The translations under genes and the position numbers were made by a program. Under the pieces are notes generated by a model. It was not told the DNA's origin, made no database searches, and worked only from the letters and a program-made list of their open reading frames with translations. This document shows positions 1 through 8,575 of a stretch of 64,000 nucleotides of DNA, one piece after another (position 1 is the stretch's first letter; each line of letters opens with the position of its first letter). Location of the stretch: IMG/VR virus record IMGVR_UViG_3300033067_001757, positions 64,001 through 128,000 of that record. The stretch is one strand, 5' to 3'. The stretch comes from a virus (Duplodnaviria > Caudoviricetes).

Positions 1-7
1 TTTATTT

Positions 8-1591
8 TCATTTAGCTAAGCGTTGACGGATCATGTCGAGGGTTTCTTCTATGATCATTTTACTGTCTTTGAATACAGTTCGTAAAGCCCCACCTTGCTC
101 TTCTTCTTTGGTACATTGATCTTTCAACTGATAAGTAGAGTGATGTAGTTTACCGAGACTGTCTGCATTTAATATTTCATTAACGCGGAGTAAGCCTTTG
201 GCGCTTTTCTTGGTACCATCATCTGTAATAGGATCCTTAAATATTTCACGGCCAACTGATACCATTTGATTGTGTACAGCACCATCTGCAGATGCTACTA
301 CTGATACCGGTTCAAGTACTTCACCGTATGTAGCTTTTACAGCGAAGCCAAACAAGTCCCTGGTGATCCAATATTGGTTTCCCGGAGATGTTTCACCACC
401 AGTATATGTCATACTACCAATACCAAGGACAATATTAGTAGAAGCGAAGCCTTTAGCTTTCAATCTTGCACATATTTCATCGGCTAAAACAAGGGTTATA
501 GAATCACCATAAATACCACCTATATGTGAATCAAGGACTTTATAACCTTTATCGTTTATAGTACCCCCGAATATTTCCCACAAACATTCAACCAATCCTT
601 TTTTATAGAATTCTGGATAATACGCCTGCTTTTCTCTTTCGGTCAATTCATCATCGTGACCACATATAATATCAGCAGGTGTTCGCTTGTTAGGACAGGA
701 ATCGGGTCTAATAACAAGTTTCCCATCTCGACTCATTATTTCGTTCTTTATTTGAAATAAGACACCATCCGATTCAGGTTTAGCTACTTTAGTTATATCC
801 CAGGTATCCATAACTTTTGAAATGATACCAGTCTTGTATAATCTAAATGCTTTTAGGATTGAATCTTTCTCATTTCCTTCTCCACCCATGCACTCCACGC
901 TATGTTCAGATGCTGGCACCGATGCACCGATCAAACCTGCCGCATTGTAGCTTTTTTTCAACTGATATATAGCTGGGATAACATCTGTACCAGTAAAGCT
1001 CAGAAGATGACCCATACCGGATAAAATAGAAGACTCTACTGATGACATACCTCGCATAGAGAAGTCATGACCTTGCCATTGTACACCATCTGCGTTACCA
1101 GTAGTCTCAATCGCATATTTTGTAAGTAATTTCTTGTACTCATATGCTATTGTAGCAGATGTGATCGGTTGCCAAAGGGTACAACTGATAAGTGTTTCAA
1201 GATAGTTTACGAGCCATGCAAACTCCGGATGAGTATTGGTAATGGTTAACAAAGGAACACCAATTGGACATCTTGATCCTTCTGGTAAAGCTTTGATTTC
1301 AATAGGTAAATATCCCAACTCGTGAAGTCTTTCAATATGACTGAGATCAATCTTTATCTCTTCGTAATATTCATCGCGAATCTTACTCCATGGTACATTG
1401 AAAAACTCTTTATCGAAAGCGTCGATAAGATAAGTTTTACATAAGTGTTGTATAGCGAATACAACAACCTTATCGACACCTTTCATCCTGCTTTTTCTCG
1501 GAGTGAGATTGGAATTGAGTTTTGTCATTCCATCCGGATACATCGGGTTGTGATGTGGCTTGTAAAAATCTACTAATAATAGTGGGTTCAT
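8..1591 (-). CDS. nadV: Nicotinamide phosphoribosyltransferase family protein (NAMPT/NadV; Namat-like)
   Basis: Motifs DFYK, HDFSMRG, SVPASEHS, LVIRPDS, GGIYGDSIT, RDLFGFAVKAT and KDPITDDGTKKSAKG are typical of the NAMPT family. Confidence 0.93.
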   Translation of the reverse strand: MNPLLLVDFYKPHHNPMYPDGMTKLNSNLTPRKSRMKGVDKVVVFAIQHLCKTYLIDAFDKEFFNVPWSKIRDEYYEEIKIDLSHIERLHELGYLPIEIKALPEGSRCPIGVPLLTITNTHPEFAWLVNYLETLISCTLWQPITSATIAYEYKKLLTKYAIETTGNADGVQWQGHDFSMRGMSSVESSILSGMGHLLSFTGTDVIPAIYQLKKSYNAAGLIGASVPASEHSVECMGGEGNEKDSILKAFRLYKTGIISKVMDTWDITKVAKPESDGVLFQIKNEIMSRDGKLVIRPDSCPNKRTPADIICGHDDELTEREKQAYYPEFYKKGLVECLWEIFGGTINDKGYKVLDSHIGGIYGDSITLVLADEICARLKAKGFASTNIVLGIGSMTYTGGETSPGNQYWITRDLFGFAVKATYGEVLEPVSVVASADGAVHNQMVSVGREIFKDPITDDGTKKSAKGLLRVNEILNADSLGKLHHSTYQLKDQCTKEEEQGGALRTVFKDSKMIIEETLDMIRQRLAK

Positions 1592-1600
1592 GACCTTTAT
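1589..1600 (-). promoter_or_regulatory. TAAAGGTC-ATG start-context motif, representative copy
   Basis: Also at 3008-3019, 6690-6700, 12278-12289, 15541-15552, 6458-6468 (with ACG) and 59244-59254 (TAAAGGTT-TTG). Confidence 0.6.
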
Positions 1601-1613
1601 TTTTTGTTGTTTA

Positions 1614-2081
1614 TTATGGTTGATATAATACGACTGTCACATCGCAGTCTTTAAATTCTTTTTGTATTATAAGCTTGATAGTATCCCAGTCACCACCGGC
1701 AAGGTGGCTTCCGATAGCCGGTAAACCAATATGCTTTCCTTTAAACGTATGATTCATCTTACGCATACAGAGAGTGAAAGCATCATAGTCAAATGGTTTT
1801 GTTTCTGTTGACCAATGGTATTGGGTGTAACAGTTCACCACAGCTAAGAAATTAGGTTTGCCCAGATTTGCAAACTGCTGCCAATCAATCTGACCGAGTT
1901 TATTAATATCACCCGCATACCTCGGTGCTTCTAATGGAAAATAATCAGTTCCAAAAGCTTTAACCATTTGTGGTGCCAGGCCACGTTTTTGACGACACAT
2001 ACAATTACATCCATGAGCGATTACGTCGAATGCTCCAGACTTGGCGAGTGTAATCAAATTACCTTCAATTTCTTTATACAT
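1614..2081 (-). CDS. Macrodomain protein (ADP-ribose binding/hydrolase, T4 Tk.4-like)
   Basis: IEGNL..., IAHGCNC...GLA, VNCYTQY and IGLPAIGSHLAGGDW macrodomain signature. Confidence 0.88.
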   Translation of the reverse strand: MYKEIEGNLITLAKSGAFDVIAHGCNCMCRQKRGLAPQMVKAFGTDYFPLEAPRYAGDINKLGQIDWQQFANLGKPNFLAVVNCYTQYHWSTETKPFDYDAFTLCMRKMNHTFKGKHIGLPAIGSHLAGGDWDTIKLIIQKEFKDCDVTVVLYQP

Positions 2082-3010
2082 TAGAATACATTTAACTGTT
2101 TAACAAATCCTACTTTACTCATAGTAAGCATCACACCATTGTTGACATTATCATGACCAATAAAAGCAGCATCAATGTCTTTCACTGAATTAGTGCAGAA
2201 TATATTATCAAACCATTCATCCAATACTTTCAATCCACCTGAGAATATTCCGTGTGTGATAATGAGATAAATCTTAGCTTGTGGACGCATTGATTTAATA
2301 ACCTTAGATATCTCAATAAACGTTCGACCACCATCACAGATGTCATCAATGATTATAAATGTATCGTGAGTATGTTCACCTGCAACAAGAGGTACCTGTG
2401 TTGATAATATTTTTCCAGTAGAAATATCACGATGCTTTGATGCTACGATAACATCATTTTTATAATCTATAGCCTGGGCTACATCGTATATTTTTTTAAG
2501 TGCTCCGGCATCCGGAGATATCAACGCAAATTGATCTGAAGTATATCCTTCACAATCGCAATTGTCTGATTCATAACATCCAAGATTCAGTGCTTCCAAA
2601 GCAAATGTTACAAGTGAAGTATTGTCTCGTTTGATAAGATTATTTATCACCGCTTCAGAGACGTCACTGTGTGGATCAATAACTTCTACTGAGGAATAGT
2701 TTTGTGCGTTTATAATAGGAGCAACGACATCGCGGAGATAGCTGGTGCCACCTTTCTGGAATTTGCGGTCTGACCTGGCACCAAGGATATTAGGAATGAA
2801 TAGATGGATTTGTGTAACACCATTATTTTTAAGCGCTTTAGTGGCACAGATGATAAGTTCCAAATCTCTGAAATTGTTAAATCTGGAGCTTATCTGTACC
2901 GGGCCAACCCAATCGGTTTTAATTATGATATCCTGTTGTCCGTCTGGATAACTTCTCTTCTCATAATTAATAGATGAATTTTCACTATCTAATAGATTGA
3001 GTACTTTCAT
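2081..3010 (-). CDS. prs: Ribose-phosphate pyrophosphokinase family protein (PRS; Adps-like)
   Basis: YPDGQ, GARSDR, DPHS, ISPDAGA, PRPP-binding IIDDICDGGRTF and THGIFS. Confidence 0.92.
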   Translation of the reverse strand: MKVLNLLDSENSSINYEKRSYPDGQQDIIIKTDWVGPVQISSRFNNFRDLELIICATKALKNNGVTQIHLFIPNILGARSDRKFQKGGTSYLRDVVAPIINAQNYSSVEVIDPHSDVSEAVINNLIKRDNTSLVTFALEALNLGCYESDNCDCEGYTSDQFALISPDAGALKKIYDVAQAIDYKNDVIVASKHRDISTGKILSTQVPLVAGEHTHDTFIIIDDICDGGRTFIEISKVIKSMRPQAKIYLIITHGIFSGGLKVLDEWFDNIFCTNSVKDIDAAFIGHDNVNNGVMLTMSKVGFVKQLNVF

Positions 3011-3033
3011 GACCTTTATTTGTATATTTCATG

Positions 3034-3065
3034 CAAAGCTAAGACAAGTTCTCTAATAAAACAAA
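3034..3065 (-). promoter_or_regulatory. Bacteroidota sigma-A type promoter for the NAD module
   Basis: Minus strand TTTG-N20-TAGCTTTG matches the -33/-7 consensus TTTG-N19-21-TAnnTTTG. Confidence 0.8.
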
Positions 3066-3078
3066 TATTTGTAGAACT

Positions 3079-4983
3079 TTATTTTATTGGGCAGGCACCA
3101 GAACTACAATCTTCCAGTTGAAAATCATCTTCTTTAACCTCTACAGAAGTTATAGGTCTTACTTTAGATATGATATCTAAATATTGTTCTTCTGAAATGG
3201 TTTCATATGGAGCTTGGTCAAAACCGTGTCCATGATACAATAGAAATGATACAGTTTTAAGACCTTCTCTATAATTATCTGTCAACCATTCTTTAATGCC
3301 TGGTAGTTCTTCCTTCTTATATGTAACAGTAACTGATACAGCATTGTCTGACCATATTTGCTGAACATTCTTAATCATATTTAACTGATCTATAGCAGAT
3401 ATGTTTTCAGCAACCGGTGTATAAGATGGAATACGACATGGAAATTCTACAACAACAGTAGTTCTATCCTCACTACCATCAAATCTCCGCTGGAATTCTA
3501 CCTTATAACCATTTTTACGACATATCTCTACAAGAGGTGAACCTGATGATATACGGATTCTTCTGATGAAACACGGGCCTGCAGGTGAAACATTGGAGCC
3601 GGGTGTAACTCCTCTGAGTAAACTGAGGGTTCCAGATGGTTTGCTTGTAGTAATTTTAATACTCGGAGGAAATCCGTTTGCTTCGCTGTATTGCTTGTCA
3701 AACTCTCTCAAATAAACGTAACATTCCTCAAGCCATGACCTTTGTTCGTCTGTTGCCTGCCAAACACCGGTGATTCCTATACCCATTCTCATATTCTTAT
3801 TGACGATTACCTCTGTCTCTTTATTATGACAAGGTAAAGCCAGTGAATGCTTACATATACGATACAGATATTTCGCTACTTTGAACAATTCTTCTTTTGA
3901 TTCTATAGCATTGAGATATATCTCAGCCAAACAACATGTTTCAAAGTTGTTGAGACTCTGTTCAGCACATGGATTATACCCTATCACATCCGGATCGGGA
4001 TATTGAGTTTCTCCGAGTCTACCGACAAGTCTGCTGAGTCTTAAATTGATAAGACCATATGGTTCACCCTGATTATATGTTTCCCAAAACTCTTCTGGTA
4101 AGTCCTGTATATTTTCACATACAACCGAGTTATTACTCATAGAACGCCAATTAGGGATGCTTCCCAAATCCCAACGCTTCGCTTTCAAAAACTTAATATC
4201 ATCACTGTCACCTATAGCTATCTGTGCAGACCTGCGAACATTACCGGCAACAACAATCTGACCAATAATATTCATGATATCAAGACAGTCAATTGGTTCG
4301 AGTTTCTTATTAGCTTTAGCGTTAAGTATCTTGTGTATTTCATTTATACCCCAACACAGTTCTTCAGGCCCAGATGCCGTACCACCAAACCCCTTAATAG
4401 TAGCACCTTTACCACGAACACACATAGTGGAATATGTAAAGCTTTCTCCACTATAGAAATGAGCCTTCAATACTTTACCCAAGAGTTTCACCCACCCTTC
4501 CCGGCTGTCAGGTACTATAAAATCAGCATCTGCTACATCCTTTCTTTCAATCTTTATCTTACCCTTTACCTTCGGTAACTGATATACATTTTCTTTCTGA
4601 ATATTATAACCAACACCGCTGCCAAGCATCAGCATGTCGAAAGCCCAGGTAAATGGTCTGATTGGACTATCTACTACTACTGTAGCACAATTTTGTAATG
4701 AGGGTAATCCCAATTTCTTAACAGTAGACGTTCCCAATTGCCATAAGAATCTACCGGCCACCATACCCTTCAGGTTCATCAATATATCACCTAACTCTTG
4801 TTCTTCAGTTTCGGTAAATCCTACTTTTAATTGTGTCTTACATGCTTTTATTACTCTCTCTATCGTCTCATTAAATTCTTCCGTTCTCGAATTGATATCG
4901 TTATCATTTATTCTTCTTGCGTATGTCCTTTTGTATGTTATATAACCGATTTCTCCCCATGGAGTTTTGATATCCTTATACAT
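3079..4983 (-). CDS. nrdJ: Class II (adenosylcobalamin-dependent) ribonucleotide reductase, monomeric RTPR-like
   Basis: YKRTYAR, AGRFLW, NCA, GNVRRSA, NPCAEQ, KPSGTLS and C-terminal CSSGACPIK. Confidence 0.93.
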   Translation of the reverse strand: MYKDIKTPWGEIGYITYKRTYARRINDNDINSRTEEFNETIERVIKACKTQLKVGFTETEEQELGDILMNLKGMVAGRFLWQLGTSTVKKLGLPSLQNCATVVVDSPIRPFTWAFDMLMLGSGVGYNIQKENVYQLPKVKGKIKIERKDVADADFIVPDSREGWVKLLGKVLKAHFYSGESFTYSTMCVRGKGATIKGFGGTASGPEELCWGINEIHKILNAKANKKLEPIDCLDIMNIIGQIVVAGNVRRSAQIAIGDSDDIKFLKAKRWDLGSIPNWRSMSNNSVVCENIQDLPEEFWETYNQGEPYGLINLRLSRLVGRLGETQYPDPDVIGYNPCAEQSLNNFETCCLAEIYLNAIESKEELFKVAKYLYRICKHSLALPCHNKETEVIVNKNMRMGIGITGVWQATDEQRSWLEECYVYLREFDKQYSEANGFPPSIKITTSKPSGTLSLLRGVTPGSNVSPAGPCFIRRIRISSGSPLVEICRKNGYKVEFQRRFDGSEDRTTVVVEFPCRIPSYTPVAENISAIDQLNMIKNVQQIWSDNAVSVTVTYKKEELPGIKEWLTDNYREGLKTVSFLLYHGHGFDQAPYETISEEQYLDIISKVRPITSVEVKEDDFQLEDCSSGACPIK

Positions 4984-5008
4984 CCTGTAAAAGCGTAGTT
5001 TATAGTGT

Positions 5009-5044
5009 TAAAAATACCCCGACGAAGTATCTTGCCGGGTATAT
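5009..5044 (-). terminator. Hairpin with U-tract between helicase and nrdJ
   Basis: Minus strand ATACCCGGC-AAGATACTTC-GTCGGGGTAT followed by TTTT. Confidence 0.5.
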
Positions 5045-5114
5045 AAATAGTGTGAAATGTTTGAAAGAAAAATGTTTGTTGGTAACTTTTTTCGATGGTA
5101 TATATGATATGCTA

Positions 5115-6434
5115 TTATTGATTTATACGCATGAACTTTCCTTTAACTTCTTTTTTAAATTCTTCTTCTTCCTCTTCCATAGCATTCTCATCGTATGGTT
5201 TCGAATCGATTACAATGTGACCATTCCTACGGTTAAAAGAAGATTTAAATGCAACACCATCATCACCGTAACGGTTGCCCATCATATACCAAATATTGGT
5301 CTTCTTCGAAACTGTCATGATAATATCTGCTATCATAAATTTTTCGTAGGTACCAGCCAAATGGTTATCCTTAATAATATCAATATCCGAGGCGGTTCTG
5401 TTAGCCTGTGCAGGCGAAACAATCGGTACGTTTAATACCTCAGCCAATCCTTTAGCATCTGTAAATACGTCACCAGCATCCTCGTTTTTATCTTTCCTGT
5501 CTTTTACATTACGAAGTTTTTCGAGATAATCTATGATAATAAGACCTGGTTCCCAGCCATCCTGGTTCTTCTGCTTACGCAAATGTTTCTCAATAGTTGT
5601 CAGTGTGGTCCTGCCGGGTGGATATTTCTTAATACGTATACGTTCAGAGAATTCCGATACAGTTCGTTTAACTTCATCAACATTTTTGTCAAGTTCATCA
5701 ACTTCTATACCGGTAAAGTAAGCATCGTATCTCTTTGCTGTATATGCTTCAGATAACTCTAAGGAGTAATGCATTACATTTTTACCTAGTTTGGCTGCAT
5801 GAGCACCCATAGCCACACATCCCCAGGATTTTCCACCTTTAGGATTCGAGACTATAATTACAAGATCACCACCACCCGGTCCACCCTGAGTAATATTGGT
5901 AAGAGTTGGCCATGGAAATGGAATAGGATTCCTGGCATCGTCCGTATAGCGCGATTCTACATCTCTTTCGTAATAGTAAACCTCTTCCTTTTGTTCACCG
6001 GACTTTAATGCGTTTCCGATCAATCTGAATATATCTTCGTATTCACCGTTCTGTTCAAGGATATCTGCAGACATCAGGATCGCATCTTTCATCACCTGAT
6101 TTCTACAAAAGTTAGCAAATTCCTCTTTCACATATTCGATATCATCTTCAGTAGATGTATATGCTTGTTTAAGCTCAAGCTTGATTGCTTCTTTTAATAC
6201 AGCATTCTTCTCTTTCTTCATCTCAACTTTCAATACTTCCATAGTTGGATTAGTATGATATTGACTGAAGTAATTTATAATAACATCAACAATCCATTTA
6301 TGTGCTGCGTTATCAAAGTATTCAGATGTTAATGAATCCGATATTGATTGCAGAAACAGTTTATCGTTGAGTAATGAATATAAAATCTTAATCTGGAATG
6401 AGTGTCCGAACTCGCTCAGTTTGTTCATCGTCAT
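5115..6434 (-). CDS. Replicative DnaB-like helicase (T4 gp41-like)
   Basis: Walker A SNPKGGKS, YSLELSE, Walker B IIIDY, SPAQANR and NRYG. Confidence 0.9.
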   Translation of the reverse strand: MTMNKLSEFGHSFQIKILYSLLNDKLFLQSISDSLTSEYFDNAAHKWIVDVIINYFSQYHTNPTMEVLKVEMKKEKNAVLKEAIKLELKQAYTSTEDDIEYVKEEFANFCRNQVMKDAILMSADILEQNGEYEDIFRLIGNALKSGEQKEEVYYYERDVESRYTDDARNPIPFPWPTLTNITQGGPGGGDLVIIVSNPKGGKSWGCVAMGAHAAKLGKNVMHYSLELSEAYTAKRYDAYFTGIEVDELDKNVDEVKRTVSEFSERIRIKKYPPGRTTLTTIEKHLRKQKNQDGWEPGLIIIDYLEKLRNVKDRKDKNEDAGDVFTDAKGLAEVLNVPIVSPAQANRTASDIDIIKDNHLAGTYEKFMIADIIMTVSKKTNIWYMMGNRYGDDGVAFKSSFNRRNGHIVIDSKPYDENAMEEEEEEFKKEVKGKFMRINQ

Positions 6435-6467
6435 GTTATATATCCTATCTTTTTTTCGTGACCTTTA

Positions 6468-6692
6468 TTAAAATAATTCCCATTGATCAATATAATCCCA
6501 TTGTGATTCTTTGGCTTTATCTTCAATAGCTTCTTTCACCAGCTTTAGAACCTTCTTATTAACATGAAAATCCTCCACCGTATCTATAGCCCAACCGAGA
6601 TATTTCGGATCAATATCAAGTACAGTTTTAATGGTCTGTCGTTTATACTTTCCGAAAGTGAATTTATCCCCGAGACCCAAAGATTTTGTCAT
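6468..6692 (-). CDS. Small protein with FGKYK...YLxW motif (exonuclease X C-terminal/DUF3820-like)
   Basis: FTFGKYKRQTIKTVLDIDPKYLGWA; TAAGGTC-ATG start context. Confidence 0.6.
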   Translation of the reverse strand: MTKSLGLGDKFTFGKYKRQTIKTVLDIDPKYLGWAIDTVEDFHVNKKVLKLVKEAIEDKAKESQWDYIDQWELF

Positions 6693-6700
6693 GACCTTAA

Positions 6701-6904
6701 TTATTTCCTGTTATACAGCCTGTGTGCGTATAGATGCTCATACCATCTGGTAGATGCTTTCTCTATATCTTTCTTCTTGAATGGATTCTTCTTACCGGCT
6801 GTCGTGTAAGTATTGTACCAGTAAACAGGATCCTCCCGGCACCGTATGAATTCATCGTAGTGATGGTCGAAGAGTTTTGTGTTGTTGTTCATATTATTGT
6901 ACAA
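6701..6904 (-). CDS. Small hypothetical protein resembling the terminase N-terminal helix
   Basis: EFIRCREDPVYWYNTY resembles IYLRCASDPIFFLKNF in this phage's terminase. Confidence 0.5.
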   Translation of the reverse strand: MYNNMNNNTKLFDHHYDEFIRCREDPVYWYNTYTTAGKKNPFKKKDIEKASTRWYEHLYAHRLYNRK

Positions 6905-7160
6905 TCAGTTTTACTTCCATCCCGGTAATCTCCTTAATGGAATTGATAATATTATCTTGCACATCAACCGCTATTTGTTTCGGTATCGCGTCATCTTCGG
7001 GAACTATTATAGACGCTTCCAGTTGAGGCTTATTAAATAATATATCAGGAAGTTCAAGATTAATCTTTATACTGACCTCATCCCAGGCAAGATCGGGTTT
7101 TCCTTTTGATACGCGAACGCTACCATTCTTATTTACAGTTAAATGACATTGAAGTTTCAT
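6894..7160 (-). CDS. Hypothetical protein
   Basis: 88-aa ORF tightly packed in the operon. Confidence 0.65.
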   Translation of the reverse strand: MKLQCHLTVNKNGSVRVSKGKPDLAWDEVSIKINLELPDILFNKPQLEASIIVPEDDAIPKQIAVDVQDNIINSIKEITGMEVKLIVQ

Positions 7161-7169
7161 AGTAATATT

Positions 7170-8207
7170 TTAATAATTATTAAGCACTGAAAAAAGTTCT
7201 ATCCAATGCGATGCATAAGGAAGAGTATCTCCAAGCCGATCAATCTCACATAACTTTAAGAAGTCATACTTCTGCAGCTTTGGTATCTCCCGGTTAAATT
7301 GATGATGTATTTCTTCGAGGTCAACATTTGAGATATTGGGCTCATGAAGATTCATGATCTGATAGTTAATGGCCAGTTTACGCTTATCTTCAAGCAACCG
7401 TGTAAATAGTTTACCATAGTCCTGGTTATATTCAGCATGATCAAAGACTTCATCGAGCATCATTCTGTTGGGTTCAACAAATTGAGGAAACATCTTAGAA
7501 ATCTTCTTCTCACCAATACCATGAACACCTTTCACATTGTCCGATGAGTCGCCGAGTATAGCTTTATATAAAAGGAAATTTGCAGGATGTACACCAAACT
7601 CTTCAAGTACCTGCTGAGTATTGTAATGGATATGTTTTATAGGACTCCATACTGATATACGATCATTCACAAGTTGAAAGAAATCTCTGTCTGATGACAT
7701 GATCGTTATTTCGCAGTCTGGTTCCTCACGGTATAGCTTTCCGCTTAGGTATCCGATTATATCATCGGCCTCCAATTTGTCAACACACATACAGTTGACT
7801 GGTAATAACTTCAAATAGTCCATCAACCTGGTAATCTCATTCAGCTTAGCATCGTCTTCATCTTTCTTTGTTTCGAAAGACTTATAATTCATCACCTTTT
7901 GATTGTTCCTGTTACTCTTATATTCTGGTAACAGATACTTGCGATTTTGAGACCCAGCCTCGCCATCAAATACAATTATGACACGAGTGGGCATCAGTTG
8001 TTTTATAACGCTGCCGAGGCTCTTTAAGAAGCCTGTGAGACCACCTATGTGGTTACCGGCAAGATTGATATGATTTATTACTGCAAAATTCCGGATGAAG
8101 GTGTTCATTCCATCGATGAATAGTACACGACTATTGAACTGCAGGTTCAACGGTTTGGTTTCTTCCGTGATGGAATTAAAGAGGTTAAGGAGATTGAGTT
8201 TGGTCAC
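7170..8207 (-). CDS. 5'-3' exonuclease / flap endonuclease (T4 RNase H, PolI N-terminal family)
   Basis: FIDGMN, VFDG, YKSNR, LEADDIIG, SSDRDFFQL and GDSSDNVKGVHGIGEK. Confidence 0.92.
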   Translation of the reverse strand: MTKLNLLNLFNSITEETKPLNLQFNSRVLFIDGMNTFIRNFAVINHINLAGNHIGGLTGFLKSLGSVIKQLMPTRVIIVFDGEAGSQNRKYLLPEYKSNRNNQKVMNYKSFETKKDEDDAKLNEITRLMDYLKLLPVNCMCVDKLEADDIIGYLSGKLYREEPDCEITIMSSDRDFFQLVNDRISVWSPIKHIHYNTQQVLEEFGVHPANFLLYKAILGDSSDNVKGVHGIGEKKISKMFPQFVEPNRMMLDEVFDHAEYNQDYGKLFTRLLEDKRKLAINYQIMNLHEPNISNVDLEEIHHQFNREIPKLQKYDFLKLCEIDRLGDTLPYASHWIELFSVLNNY

Positions 8208-8566
8208 TTACCTTCAGAAAGTTTTGTGTTATCAATCATGTAAGTGAAACGTGGACATATAAGAGTAACTTTATATTGTTGCAACTCATCCGCAAGCGTC
8301 TCGCCTAATATGAGAGCTCTTTCCCATATAACTATTTCATCACGTATAAACCTTGGATACTGAATAAATTCAATGATCACACCCGGTTCATTACCATTTG
8401 TATATAAGTATTCAGTGGGAGTAAACGATACACATTCACCTTTCTCATCTACAAACTTTTGACATATAGCTCTCGCTTTGTCTATACTTTGTATCTCACC
8501 GGTATCACGGATTTTTAATCCAACATGGATGGTCGCTTTAAACGTAATTGCGTATTTTACTTGCAT
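8204..8566 (-). CDS. Hypothetical protein
   Basis: 120-aa ORF overlapping its neighbour by 4 nt; no family recognised. Confidence 0.65.
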   Translation of the reverse strand: MQVKYAITFKATIHVGLKIRDTGEIQSIDKARAICQKFVDEKGECVSFTPTEYLYTNGNEPGVIIEFIQYPRFIRDEIVIWERALILGETLADELQQYKVTLICPRFTYMIDNTKLSEGK

Positions 8567-8575
8567 ATCAATAAT

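Noticed and set aside
4984-5114. Possible cobalamin riboswitch upstream of the B12-dependent nrdJ
   Set aside because: The region is only 130 nt and AT-rich, with no recognisable B12 box. Only one hairpin and a late-like motif are visible.
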